Virus record (IMG/VR): IMGVR_UViG_3300046833_000111
Span: 1-44,455 of that record
DNA length: 44,455 bases
Strand: one strand, 5' to 3'
Source: a virus
Taxonomy: Duplodnaviria; Caudoviricetes
Position 1 is the stretch's first letter; each line of letters starts with the position of its first letter. Shown one piece after another: positions 35,197-43,609 of the stretch. The translations under genes and the position numbers were made by a program. The notes beneath the pieces are model-generated. The model was given only the letters and a program-made list of their open reading frames with translations, did no database searches and was not told the origin of the DNA.

Positions 35197-35601
35197 TCAG
35201 AAGGGGATGACGTCGTATGCGTCGAGGCGGATGTGCAGCCGCACCCGCGCCGGTCGTGGCCCGTCAGCGGCGAGCCTGTTGTCCGTGCCGTGGGCGTACA
35301 GCCATGGGCCGATCACGTGCGCGTTGGTGTCCTCCGGGATTTTGTTCAGCCTCACCAAGGCATCGACACACGCTTTCGCGGTCGGGTAGAGGTTCATGGC
35401 GTCGTACTGCCGGCGGGTCGGCTTCACGATGCCGACGAAGACTGTCGCCCGCTCCACCGGGGTGAGCTTGCGTGCGGCGATCTGGGTGGCCTGGATGATG
35501 TGCCTGGTCGGACCCGACCGCTTCGCCCAATGGCCGTGACGATCGTTCGCGTTGAGGATCCACGGCTGCGGAATCTCCACCGTGAACGTCTGAGGCTTCA
35601 C
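35197..35601 (-). CDS. rusA: RusA-like Holliday junction resolvase
   Basis: LNAN.R.HW, R..DA.N..PT.KA.VD.LV....I.ED motif. Confidence 0.78.
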   Translation of the reverse strand: MKPQTFTVEIPQPWILNANDRHGHWAKRSGPTRHIIQATQIAARKLTPVERATVFVGIVKPTRRQYDAMNLYPTAKACVDALVRLNKIPEDTNAHVIGPWLYAHGTDNRLAADGPRPARVRLHIRLDAYDVIPF

Positions 35602-35702
35602 GACTCACCGCCGTGGTCGCACCGGTCGCAGCACTTCCCGACCTTCTTCGCGAGGCGGCGGGCGCACTCACCCACATCCCTCAGGCAATACATGCACCTC
35701 AT
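35598..35702 (-). CDS. 34-aa Cys-rich peptide
   Basis: Manual translation MRCMYCLRDVGECARRLAKKVGKCCDRCDHGGES*; 4-nt overlaps at both ends. Confidence 0.55.
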   Translation of the reverse strand: MRCMYCLRDVGECARRLAKKVGKCCDRCDHGGES

Positions 35703-37198
35703 GCCGCGACCCCCAGGCTCTCCGCGCAGGCCGCGATGAGGTCCCGCGCAGCCGGCGGCGTCACCGCGTTGCCCGCCATCCTGACTTGATCCCTCTTCGT
35801 GCCGAGGATCTTGTACTCCGCGGGGAACGACATGGCCCGCTTGATCTCGTCCGGTGACAGCATCCGGAATGATGCGTCCTCGATCGAGGGGGTGTGGCCT
35901 GTCGTGAGCGCGTGGTGCGTGCCGGACGCCGTTACGGTCGCCAGTGGCTCAGCGGTCGGGCGAGCGTCCGAGGATCCGCCCCGCAGTTCGGTGATGAACG
36001 GTGGGAAGGCGACCGCCTTCGATGCTGAGGTGTGCATGGTGCGCAGCGGCTCCGTCTCCGGCCAGATGCGGTAGTAGTCACCGCCCCGCTTCGGGTCCGT
36101 ACTGTCGTAGGTGTTGCCCGCCGCCTCCAGGTGGAGTGCAGGCGTGAGCAGTGCGGTCTCGTGCCGTGCCGTCTGCGTCCGGTACGGGGCATCCACCGGC
36201 ATCGCGGCCTTCCCTTCCCGCCCCTCGACGGGGACGAGGAGGGAGGCGTGGAGTCCGCCGGCGACCATCGTGGGGGCGGCCTCCCGCACACTCGTGGAGC
36301 GCGTCCCATCGCTGCCGCTGACGTGGTTGACGACGAGCGGGTCCCGCTCCCCACCAGCCCAGTACCGATCGATGCCAGCCTGGATGCGACGCATGGTCTT
36401 CTCAGCGAGGGGTCTGGGTCGGTCTCCGATCCTTGTGCCGAGGTCCGACCAGTCGATGATCGAGGATGCGGGGATCCAGTCGGGTGTGACCTCGCGGCCA
36501 CGGCAGGAGGTGTGCGGGCAGCGGAAGACGTACTGCGAGCGGTACCGACCAGCGCGGCGTCCGGCCTTCCACATCTTGATCGCCTCGACGCGACCGTGCT
36601 CAGGGCAGTGCGCTGGTGGTCGCTGGATGCGCTGCAAGTCCGGGCGCGGGTTGCCCTTCCGCCAGAACACGGCATAGAACCGGTCCCGACTCTGGGGTGC
36701 GGGCTCACCCATCGCCCAGGCATGCATGCTGTTGATGAACACGACCTCGTGGTGATAGCCGAGGCTGTCCATCGCTTCCAGCCATGCGTTGTACGGGAGC
36801 CACCGAGTCACGTCCACGACGTTCTCCACGATGATGATGGAGTACCGGTGCGCCTCCGTGAACCTCGGGACATCCCACATGGTTGCCCGCGATCGCTCCG
36901 CTGCCTCGTCCGGGATCGGATTGAACAGGTCCGGCTGCTGGTCCCTCTTCCCGCCCTTCGCGATCGAGTGGTTCGTGCACTCAGGTGACGCCCACAGGAT
37001 GTCCGTGCGCGGGTAGAACCGGGGGTCGATCTGCGACAGGTCCGCGCAGACGTGGCCGGTGTCGGGGTGGTTCGCCTCGTGCGTGTCCACGGCGAGCTGC
37101 CAGTGGTTCGAGGCGACCCGCACCTGGACGCCAGGCACCTGCACGGCGCCCGTCGAGGAGCCGCCAGCGCCGCAGAACAAATCGGTCAGGGTGATCAT
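35699..37198 (-). CDS. DNA (cytosine-5) methyltransferase, orphan
   Basis: DLFCGAGG (motif I), SPEC (IV), ENV (VI), PQSR.R (VIII), GNAV (X); ATGA overlap at the start. Confidence 0.95.
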   Translation of the reverse strand: MITLTDLFCGAGGSSTGAVQVPGVQVRVASNHWQLAVDTHEANHPDTGHVCADLSQIDPRFYPRTDILWASPECTNHSIAKGGKRDQQPDLFNPIPDEAAERSRATMWDVPRFTEAHRYSIIIVENVVDVTRWLPYNAWLEAMDSLGYHHEVVFINSMHAWAMGEPAPQSRDRFYAVFWRKGNPRPDLQRIQRPPAHCPEHGRVEAIKMWKAGRRAGRYRSQYVFRCPHTSCRGREVTPDWIPASSIIDWSDLGTRIGDRPRPLAEKTMRRIQAGIDRYWAGGERDPLVVNHVSGSDGTRSTSVREAAPTMVAGGLHASLLVPVEGREGKAAMPVDAPYRTQTARHETALLTPALHLEAAGNTYDSTDPKRGGDYYRIWPETEPLRTMHTSASKAVAFPPFITELRGGSSDARPTAEPLATVTASGTHHALTTGHTPSIEDASFRMLSPDEIKRAMSFPAEYKILGTKRDQVRMAGNAVTPPAARDLIAACAESLGVAA

Positions 37199-37695
37199 GC
37201 CGCCGCCTTCCAGTGGTTGCTCATGGTGGGTGCCGCCCACCCCTTCCTCCGGGCGTGCGCCCGCTGGCGATCCGCGATGTCACCCTTCGGCCGCGGGAGG
37301 GACAGCAGGTAGTCGTACGTCTGCCCGATCAGGTCCGCCGTGACCCGGTACACGCGAGGGCGCGGATCATCACGAGTCGACTTGATCGTGCTCACATGCA
37401 GAGCGGACACCCGCGCAATGTCCGTCGGGGTCCAGCCGATCGCGGACAGGGACCGCAACATGCGGGCCGGGACCGACGACGGGACCTCACGGCAGTGGTC
37501 GTACACGTCCTTCTGCCGGGTGGAGAGGATCGCTTCCTCCGTCGACAGGTAGATGCGGCGGTCGGTGGTGAGGATGTTCGTCATCGTCGGATTCGAGACC
37601 CCTGTGGCTCGCTGGATCTCGACCATCCGGAACCCGGACGCGAGGAGCAGCTCGACGTGCTTCCGTGCGCGGGTCGCATCGACTGTGCGTTTCAT
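37195..37695 (-). CDS. Tandem helix-turn-helix DNA-binding protein
   Basis: VDA...R.HV..L...G....I...TGVS..T; second unit R.L.AIGW....IA. Confidence 0.78.
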   Translation of the reverse strand: MKRTVDATRARKHVELLLASGFRMVEIQRATGVSNPTMTNILTTDRRIYLSTEEAILSTRQKDVYDHCREVPSSVPARMLRSLSAIGWTPTDIARVSALHVSTIKSTRDDPRPRVYRVTADLIGQTYDYLLSLPRPKGDIADRQRAHARRKGWAAPTMSNHWKAAA

Positions 37696-38048
37696 GCCGC
37701 CACCCGCTGCCGGCGTGCGTGAGCGAGCTTCATCTCATGACGGTGTGCCGCCTGATGCTCCTCACACCGGCGTGCCAACGACGGGAGGGCAGTGATGTCA
37801 GCACCGCAGTCCAGGCAGGACCGCCCCGGATCCGCCTTCCGCCGTTGGGCGGGGGTCAGCCCCCCGAAGACCCCGTGCCGTTCCCGTGTGGGGAGGCCAC
37901 GCTCGTCCTCGATCGCCTGCGCAGCACACGCCTCCATGAGGGGGCAGGTCGCGCAGATCGACTTGGCGATCGCGATGGATGCGGTGTCCTGGCCGAAGAA
38001 GATCCCATCCGCCATCGCCCTGTCGAGGCGGGCGCACGCGGCTGTCAT
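37692..38048 (-). CDS. whiB: WhiB-family transcription factor with C-terminal Cys/His extension
   Basis: AAC...FF...AKSICATCP....C...GVFGGLT..QR. Confidence 0.92.
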   Translation of the reverse strand: MTAACARLDRAMADGIFFGQDTASIAIAKSICATCPLMEACAAQAIEDERGLPTRERHGVFGGLTPAQRRKADPGRSCLDCGADITALPSLARRCEEHQAAHRHEMKLAHARRQRVAA

Positions 38049-38242
38049 GACTCCACCAGCCCGAGCATGGCAGGCACCTCAGTGGCCCAGTAGCCGTAGC
38101 TCTCGATGACGTCGCAGACGTGCTCACGCTCCCGCTCCGAAAGGTGAGTGAGCGGTTCGTAGAGGGTGGTGTCGTTTGAGAACTTCGCGAGGTCGTTCCT
38201 CACGTACGGGTCGAAATCGACCCCGATGATGTTGGTGCTCAT
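38045..38242 (-). CDS. Hypothetical protein (65 aa)
   Basis: GAAGGA RBS; ATGA overlap with whiB. Confidence 0.68.
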   Translation of the reverse strand: MSTNIIGVDFDPYVRNDLAKFSNDTTLYEPLTHLSEREREHVCDVIESYGYWATEVPAMLGLVES

Positions 38243-38269
38243 GGTGTGTCCTTCACGAGTCGGGGTCCG

Positions 38270-38749
38270 TCAGAAAGGCGGACGGTCGTCCTGCGGCTGG
38301 GAGCCAGCCCATGGGTCCTGCTGCCCGTACCCCTGCGCCTGCTGACCCGGCGAGTACGAAGGCTGGCCCTGCGGGTGGCCCTGCTGGGCGTACCCCGGAT
38401 CGCCCGCATACCGATCCGACCGCTGCGGACGCGGCACCACACCCACCTGAGACGCCGTCACCTCATACGTCTTCACCAGCTCACCCGTCTTCGACGTGAA
38501 CTCCCCACCCCGGAACCTCCCCGTCACAAGGACACTCGCCCCCTTGCTCAGGTGATCCGCGAGCGTCTCCGCACGCTTCCCCCACATCGCCACCCGATAG
38601 AACGTCGTCCCGTCATCCACCCACTGGCCCGACTGGTCCTTCTTCGAGTGGTTCTCCGCCAACGTGAAGTTCAGGACGGACTGGCCACCCTGCGTGAACC
38701 TGAGTTCCGGGTCAGCGGTCAGGTTGCCGGGGATCGTGATGTCAGCCAT
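38270..38749 (-). CDS. ssb: Single-stranded DNA-binding protein
   Basis: GNLTADPELRFT, W...AE.....L.KG..V.V.G; C-terminal DPW...DD.PPF. Confidence 0.96.
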   Translation of the reverse strand: MADITIPGNLTADPELRFTQGGQSVLNFTLAENHSKKDQSGQWVDDGTTFYRVAMWGKRAETLADHLSKGASVLVTGRFRGGEFTSKTGELVKTYEVTASQVGVVPRPQRSDRYAGDPGYAQQGHPQGQPSYSPGQQAQGYGQQDPWAGSQPQDDRPPF

Positions 38750-39083
38750 TGGTGCTCTCCTTGATTCGTGTGCCGCGCCCGGTCAGGAAGTACCGGGACC
38801 CATCGGCGTAGGTCATTGCTTCTTCGAGGGGGCTGGACCACGACGGGACCAGCCACCCGTGCTTGTACGACTGGGCAGGATTCGCATGCACCCACCCGTG
38901 GCATCCCGTCGTCCCCGTGCCACACAGAACGGCGAGGTTCTCCACCCGGTGAACGGCGCTCTTGGGGGCTTGGGAGCGCATCATCCGGTGATGCACGTTC
39001 GACCCCTGGTGGCCGCAGCGGACACACAGGCCGTCGTCCCGCCGGATCGCGAGCTCCGCGTTCTTCGCTGGGACCCGGCTCAT
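38742..39083 (-). CDS. HNH endonuclease
   Basis: RD...CVRCG....HHR...NL..LCG.GTTGCHGWVH. Confidence 0.88.
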   Translation of the reverse strand: MSRVPAKNAELAIRRDDGLCVRCGHQGSNVHHRMMRSQAPKSAVHRVENLAVLCGTGTTGCHGWVHANPAQSYKHGWLVPSWSSPLEEAMTYADGSRYFLTGRGTRIKESTNG

Positions 39084-39433
39084 GGCTCCCCCACCCCAGC
39101 GACCTGGTACTGCGCCAGCAAGCTCTTGTTGAGCGACTGATAGGCCATCAGCTCGGACTGCAGGGCCCTCGAGAGGCGATCCGCGTACCGGTACGCCGCA
39201 TCCGCCACGTCACGCGCTTCCCGCTCCGCATGCGTGGCGACCTCCGCCGCGTACCGCTTCTCCGTCTGCGGCCCCTCGTGCTCGAGGAACGCCTGCGCGA
39301 ACGCACGGTCATAGATGCGGTCCGCGTCGAGGTACTCCCCATACCGGGAGTTGCAGACACCCGCGGAGTTCGCGATCCGGGTGGAGAGGCCACGGATGTG
39401 CTGCTCCACCGCAACAGGGGTCAGGTCGCTCAT
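39080..39433 (-). CDS. Helical hypothetical protein in the recombination module
   Basis: ATGA overlaps at both ends; all-alpha composition. Confidence 0.72.
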   Translation of the reverse strand: MSDLTPVAVEQHIRGLSTRIANSAGVCNSRYGEYLDADRIYDRAFAQAFLEHEGPQTEKRYAAEVATHAEREARDVADAAYRYADRLSRALQSELMAYQSLNKSLLAQYQVAGVGEP

Positions 39434-40122
39434 GCCGCCACCGCCATCCCCGCCTCACGCAGTGCGTCCAGGAACTCGATCGGGGCGCCCGCCTCCTTCG
39501 CCTGCGACCAGATCGCGTTCTTCTCCTCCGGCGTCGTCGCCGCCGTCATCTCCGCGAGGAAGTCCCGCGACAACTCCGGCTCCGAAGGCTCTTCTGCGGG
39601 CTTCACCTCCGGGGCGTCCGCGTCGACCGGGGCGGACTGGGCCGGGTTCTGCACCAACGTTCCCAGCACGATCGGGTTCACGTTGCCGTTGTTGTAAAGC
39701 GACAGCCCGAACTGATCGCCCAGGTTCGTCGCGGCCCGCTTGAGCGCCTGCGACTCTGACGTCTTGATCGCCATGTCGTGCGCGTCCGCCTGCTTCGACA
39801 CCGGGAACGACGAGGCGGACCCCGCCGCATGCTCCGTGTAAGTCGCCAGCACCCCACCATCGGGCGCGTGCACCGTCAGGCGGAGGCCCGCCCGGTAGCC
39901 GACACTCACCGCGGGCTGCTTGCGCTTGTTCTCGTGGAACCGCTCGTACAGCAGCTCCATGCTCACCACGTCCGCAGACCAGCGGGCGAAACCGAACACG
40001 CGGTTCAGGTGGGCGCGGATGTCGTACGCCTCCATGTGCGACATCCCATCCAGGCGGTGGACGCGCTTCGGGTTCACACCCTGCAGGAGCTGGGCCAGCT
40101 GGGCATCGTTGAGGTAGCTCAT
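39430..40122 (-). CDS. Rad52/Sak-family single-strand annealing protein
   Basis: H....D....LN.VFGF..WS and A.K...S.ALKRAA..LG..FGL.LY motifs. Confidence 0.88.
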   Translation of the reverse strand: MSYLNDAQLAQLLQGVNPKRVHRLDGMSHMEAYDIRAHLNRVFGFARWSADVVSMELLYERFHENKRKQPAVSVGYRAGLRLTVHAPDGGVLATYTEHAAGSASSFPVSKQADAHDMAIKTSESQALKRAATNLGDQFGLSLYNNGNVNPIVLGTLVQNPAQSAPVDADAPEVKPAEEPSEPELSRDFLAEMTAATTPEEKNAIWSQAKEAGAPIEFLDALREAGMAVAA

Positions 40123-40982
40123 GCTGCGTCCTTCGCCGGAGTCACTGACAGGCGACCCTTCGTCTTCTTCGTCTCCTCGCGGGCGTACTTCGCCCACAAG
40201 TCCGGGTTCTCCCGCTTGAACGTCTCCTCGTCGAACACGATGACGTCCTTCACGGTGTCCTTGCCGCGGCTGATCGACCCCGCCCCAGACACGTGCTTCG
40301 TGAAGTTCGGGGCCTCCGCGATCTCCTTCTCAATGAGCTCCTTCGCGGCCTCCTTCTCCGCCTTGCCCGCCGCCTCACGCTGCGCGCCGATCGCGTAGTC
40401 GTGGAGGTAGATGTCGAGGATGGAGGGCTCGTTCATGCTGATGAACTGCTCCCCGATCTCGATGAGCTCCGCGATGCGGTCCTCGTCCCGATCGACGACG
40501 TACACGGTCGGCTCCATCTCCGTGGGGATGAAGTCCTCGTGGAACTCGACGATCAGGTACGCGCCCTGCGCGCCCACCGTGTACATCTGCATCTGCAGCT
40601 GGTCGATGTACTTCTGGGGCGGCGCATCCCAGACGGGTGCCTTCGCGGTCTTGATGTCACCGACGAGGGAGTCGTCCATGTTGATGAGGTCAGGGGTCGC
40701 GCCGAACCGCTCATCCTGGGTGCTGATAAGGAAGTTCGTGTTGCGGGTGAGCGCCAGCTCTGCGGCTGCCCACCGTGCGATGACGGGCTCCCTCGCGATG
40801 CCGTGATCGGTGTACTGGTTGCCTTGGAATGTGCGGTGGCCGGCCTTCTCCGCCTTGATCGCGTTCCAGGTGGCGGGGCCACCGTTGGCGAGGCGTGAGA
40901 GGTCTGTGGCCGTGACGACGGTGGACCGGATCTGGTGCCAGAGTTCCGGGTCGTCAGATGACGCGTGCACTGTGTAGTTCAT
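40119..40982 (-). CDS. YqaJ/lambda-exonuclease-like nuclease
   Basis: W...R...VTAT, G...EP, ATPD, DIKT, Y..Q.Q.QM..G; AGGAG RBS before MNYTVH. Confidence 0.9.
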   Translation of the reverse strand: MNYTVHASSDDPELWHQIRSTVVTATDLSRLANGGPATWNAIKAEKAGHRTFQGNQYTDHGIAREPVIARWAAAELALTRNTNFLISTQDERFGATPDLINMDDSLVGDIKTAKAPVWDAPPQKYIDQLQMQMYTVGAQGAYLIVEFHEDFIPTEMEPTVYVVDRDEDRIAELIEIGEQFISMNEPSILDIYLHDYAIGAQREAAGKAEKEAAKELIEKEIAEAPNFTKHVSGAGSISRGKDTVKDVIVFDEETFKRENPDLWAKYAREETKKTKGRLSVTPAKDAA

Positions 40983-41158
40983 CGTGTGCTCCTGTCTCGT
41001 GCTGCAGCCATCAGCCCCGCCAGCGCCGTAAGGGTGCCGACGATCGTGAGGCCGTTCGTGCTTGTGGTGAGGTGACCGGCGGCGGCGATCATCGCCACAC
41101 CAGCCAGGTAGACGGGCGTCCAGAGGAAGACGAACCGGCGCCACTGGTAGCGGGTCAT
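40979..41158 (-). CDS. Small two-TM membrane protein
   Basis: MTRYQWRRFVFLWTPVYLAGVAMIAAAG...LTIVGTLTALAGLMAAA; ATGA overlaps. Confidence 0.68.
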   Translation of the reverse strand: MTRYQWRRFVFLWTPVYLAGVAMIAAAGHLTTSTNGLTIVGTLTALAGLMAAARDRSTR

Positions 41159-41328
41159 GCCGTCGCCTTCTGCTGATCGACGTACGCCTCCACATCGGCG
41201 GGGTCGAACCGCCACACACCACCAAGGGCGACACCACGGAGAAGCCCGCGCTTGCGGAGGATGTGGACGTACCGATAGCTGCACTGCAAGACCTTCGCCA
41301 CGTCGTACGCGGTGAGGAGTCGTCGCAT
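41155..41328 (-). CDS. Excisionase-like HTH protein (57 aa)
   Basis: Manual translation MRRLLTAYDVAKVLQCSYRYVHILRKRGLLRGVALGGVWRFDPADVEAYVDQQKATA*; AGGAG RBS. Confidence 0.82.
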   Translation of the reverse strand: MRRLLTAYDVAKVLQCSYRYVHILRKRGLLRGVALGGVWRFDPADVEAYVDQQKATA

Positions 41329-41330
41329 GG

Positions 41331-41489
41331 TCACTCCTGGAAGAGACGGTTGAAGTAGGGAAGGTCAGGGTCGACATCGTCGGGGCGGTTGTTCAGCTCT
41401 TCCTGGCGGGCCTCGTCCATGGACTCGAGGAGCCGCTCCCACTTCTCGTCGCGCTGGATCTCAGCCCACTCCTCAGCGGTGAAGAACAT
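41331..41489 (-). CDS. Small acidic protein (52 aa)
   Basis: Manual translation MFFTAEEWAEIQRDEKWERLLESMDEARQEELNNRPDDVDPDLPYFNRLFQE*; TGATG overlap. Confidence 0.62.
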   Translation of the reverse strand: MFFTAEEWAEIQRDEKWERLLESMDEARQEELNNRPDDVDPDLPYFNRLFQE

Positions 41490-41917
41490 CAGGACCACCA
41501 CCCCGCCGGCTGGACCACGATCGAGTCGGTGATGGTCTGCACCCCGTCAGCCGAGGCCGTGAACGTGACCGTCAGCGGAGGGTTCGCGGAGGCGACCTTC
41601 CACTCCGCCCGCACCTGCTCCGTGCTGCCCCACCCGTCCACCGACTCCCATGCCCACGTCTGCGTGTCGTACCCAGACACGTGGATCGAGAGCGTGAGCC
41701 CGGTGACCGGGGTGGGACCGTCGATGACCTGGATCTTCGTGTTGACGTGGAGGGTGCGGTTCTTCGGTCCATCCGTCGCCGTCAGGTTCGTGAACCTGAG
41801 CCGCGACTTCACCTGCGATGCCGCTACGGCAGGAGCCGAGGTCGCGACGACGACAGTGGGGATCGCCCAGCCGACACGCAGGGCCGTACGCCTGTCAGGC
41901 GCCGCAGTCCGGACCAT
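41489..41917 (-). CDS. Putative secreted beta-sandwich protein with twin-arginine-like signal
   Basis: DRRTALRVGWAIPTVVVATSAPAVAAS leader, then a beta-strand-rich domain; GGAGG RBS. Confidence 0.7.
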   Translation of the reverse strand: MVRTAAPDRRTALRVGWAIPTVVVATSAPAVAASQVKSRLRFTNLTATDGPKNRTLHVNTKIQVIDGPTPVTGLTLSIHVSGYDTQTWAWESVDGWGSTEQVRAEWKVASANPPLTVTFTASADGVQTITDSIVVQPAGWWS

Positions 41918-42080
41918 CGGAGTCCACCTCCTCAGCGCGGAGCTTGCGGATCGCGTCGCGGGCCATCTCGAACCGCGCCACGTCATCCGCGAAGGGCACC
42001 TCGTCGCGCACGATCCGATCTGCGATCAGGCAGGCGTAGAAGTTCCGCTCGTTGGCCAGGTGGATCATTGACTTGCTCAC
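41895..42080 (-). CDS. Hypothetical protein (61 aa)
   Basis: GAGGAGG RBS and GTGA overlap. Confidence 0.62.
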   Translation of the reverse strand: MSKSMIHLANERNFYACLIADRIVRDEVPFADDVARFEMARDAIRKLRAEEVDSDGPDCGA

Positions 42081-42256
42081 GGCTGCGCCTCCTCGCTCAG
42101 CAGGGGTGCATGCATGCGGTAGATCCCGCGGTCCGGATCCGTCACGTCGAACACGGTGGCCTCTGCGGCGACCGAGACCGTCGCGAGGAACAAGGCCGTC
42201 GCACCCAAGACCGCCGCCGCGATGAACGTGGCGAGGATGATGTCGCCTCGATTCAT
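42077..42256 (-). CDS. Small single-TM protein (59 aa)
   Basis: Manual translation MNRGDIILATFIAAAVLGATALFLATVSVAAEATVFD...; GGAGG RBS and ATGA overlap. Confidence 0.65.
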   Translation of the reverse strand: MNRGDIILATFIAAAVLGATALFLATVSVAAEATVFDVTDPDRGIYRMHAPLLSEEAQP

Positions 42257-43020
42257 GCCGCGACCTCCATCTGCCCCTCACGGAAGCGGCGAAACAGCAT
42301 GTCCAGCCCCTTGCCAGTGATCCGCACCTGCGGAGCCGACGACTGACGGATCTCCCCCGTCTCCATGTCCGTGTACGTGCGCGCTTTCACCGCGAACAGG
42401 CCCTGCTCGAGGTACTGCTGGTACACGTGCGGGCGACCCTTGCTGTCGCGGTACAGGAAACGCCAGTCCACGAGCTGCTGAGCGAGACGCTTCTGCCCGA
42501 TCGTGACGACGCCCTGCTCGAACAGGACCTTCGCCGCCTCCTCGTAGGACCACGAGCCGGCAGACGAGACGATGTGATCCCATGCGTCCGCCTTCGGCTT
42601 AGCGGCGGCGAGCTTCGCCTCCGCTTCCTGCTGGCGGCGGTAGCTGATCTGCAGCGCCTGCTGGATGATCCGCGCCTCCTCGAGCTCCTTGCTCACCGGT
42701 GCGGAGTAGGAGCCGGTCTTTCGGATCGACGGGAGCACCTCGCGGGTGATCCACCGCTTGAACTGCTTCGCTTCCGCCTTCCGCGATCGGAGGATGAGCG
42801 AGTAGAGGCCCGACTCGGAGACGATCGTGAGATTCTGGCGCCCGCCAGGGGTGTCCATACTGTGTACCCCCTTCTCGTCCTCATCGAGGAGGGCGAGCGA
42901 GGACCGCATGTTGGCGAGGGCGAGGACATTCGCGGTGTCGACCGCGACGAACCACGGCTCGCCATCGACGGTCACGGTGCGGACTTCGGTACCCTGGTAC
43001 TGGAAGATGTTCAGTTCCAT
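42253..43020 (-). CDS. Antirepressor (Bro-N plus ANT/KilAC domains)
   Basis: F.Y....VR.V..DGEPWFVA.D, SESGLY.LI..SRK.EAK.FKRWIT.EVLPSIRKTG.Y, PKA, ITGKG; AAGGAGG RBS. Confidence 0.94.
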   Translation of the reverse strand: MELNIFQYQGTEVRTVTVDGEPWFVAVDTANVLALANMRSSLALLDEDEKGVHSMDTPGGRQNLTIVSESGLYSLILRSRKAEAKQFKRWITREVLPSIRKTGSYSAPVSKELEEARIIQQALQISYRRQQEAEAKLAAAKPKADAWDHIVSSAGSWSYEEAAKVLFEQGVVTIGQKRLAQQLVDWRFLYRDSKGRPHVYQQYLEQGLFAVKARTYTDMETGEIRQSSAPQVRITGKGLDMLFRRFREGQMEVAA

Positions 43021-43044
43021 CTGATTCCCTCCTTGGGGATCGCG

Positions 43045-43072
43045 GCCCTCACCTGTGGCAGCAGGTGGGGGC
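43045..43072. repeat. GCCCTCAC..GTGGGGGC hairpin, copy A
   Basis: GCCCTCACCTG-TGGCAG-CAGGTGGGGGC followed by ACTCTTCTT on +. Confidence 0.65.
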
Positions 43073-43097
43073 ACTCTTCTTGTGGTGGAATGTCGGT

Positions 43098-43406
43098 ATG
43101 GCTGACGCAAACGAGTTCCCGCCGATCTGGACCCTCCGAAACGGAGACAACTTCAGGCAGGAGAACCTGCAATCGAAAGTTGAAGCCCGAGCGCTCGACC
43201 TGTACCTGTCCTCAGATGCCACTCCGAAGCGAGTTCGAATCACTAGCCCCAGTCGGACACAGGTCCTGCAACTCGAAGACACCCCCCGATACGAGCTCTC
43301 GCACGGCCCGCTGAGCGCCGAGGATGAGATCGACGCGGCCAGGCTTGTGGAAGCTGCCTTCGCGAACGGCGAGCTGACGATCGAAGGGCGAGATCTCATC
43401 TGGTAG
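43098..43406 (+). CDS. Reverse-oriented accessory protein (102 aa), function unknown
   Basis: MADANEFPPIWTLRNG...; occupies the gap in the minus-strand early operon; TGTGG-TGGAAT 6 nt upstream of the ATG. Confidence 0.7.
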   Translation: MADANEFPPIWTLRNGDNFRQENLQSKVEARALDLYLSSDATPKRVRITSPSRTQVLQLEDTPRYELSHGPLSAEDEIDAARLVEAAFANGELTIEGRDLIW

Positions 43407-43563
43407 CCAGTTCGTGAAGTTCCGCTATCGCCCCAAGAATTCGCGGGCGAACTTCTTGCGGGATCAGCGGGAAGTTCTGATCCGCGAGCTCCCTCATGAC
43501 CTCCGCGACGTGCTGTGCTTCTGCCGCCGCATGCTTCACGGCGTTCGCTGAGTACTGCTGCAC
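43396..43563 (-). CDS. Hypothetical protein (55 aa)
   Basis: Manual translation MQQYSANAVKHAAAEAQHVAEVMRELADQNFPLIPQEVRPRILGAIAELHELATR*; strong GAGGAGGAG RBS. Confidence 0.65.
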   Translation of the reverse strand: MQQYSANAVKHAAAEAQHVAEVMRELADQNFPLIPQEVRPRILGAIAELHELATR

Positions 43564-43579
43564 TTCTCCTCCTCTCTTC

Positions 43580-43609
43580 GGCCCTCACTCCCGTGGGGGC
43601 CTTCTCTTT
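43580..43609 (+). terminator. GCCCTCAC..GTGGGGGC hairpin, copy B; plus-strand intrinsic terminator-like
   Basis: GGCCCTCAC-TCCC-GTGGGGGCC-TTCTCTTT; the G-U pair and pyrimidine tail both fit the + strand. Confidence 0.62.

Noticed and set aside
35699-37198. Methyltransferase as part of a restriction-modification system
   Set aside because: No adjacent restriction endonuclease. Orphan C5 methyltransferases are common in phage early regions.
38742-39083. HNH gene as a homing endonuclease or intron
   Set aside because: It is a short standalone ORF coupled to its neighbours and interrupts no gene.
108-42346. Many long + strand ORFs (e.g. 108-1037, 6578-7951, 10607-12085, 19603-21036, 25247-26617)
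   Set aside because: They are antisense shadows of well-supported minus-strand genes, expected in high-GC DNA. They have no recognisable motifs.
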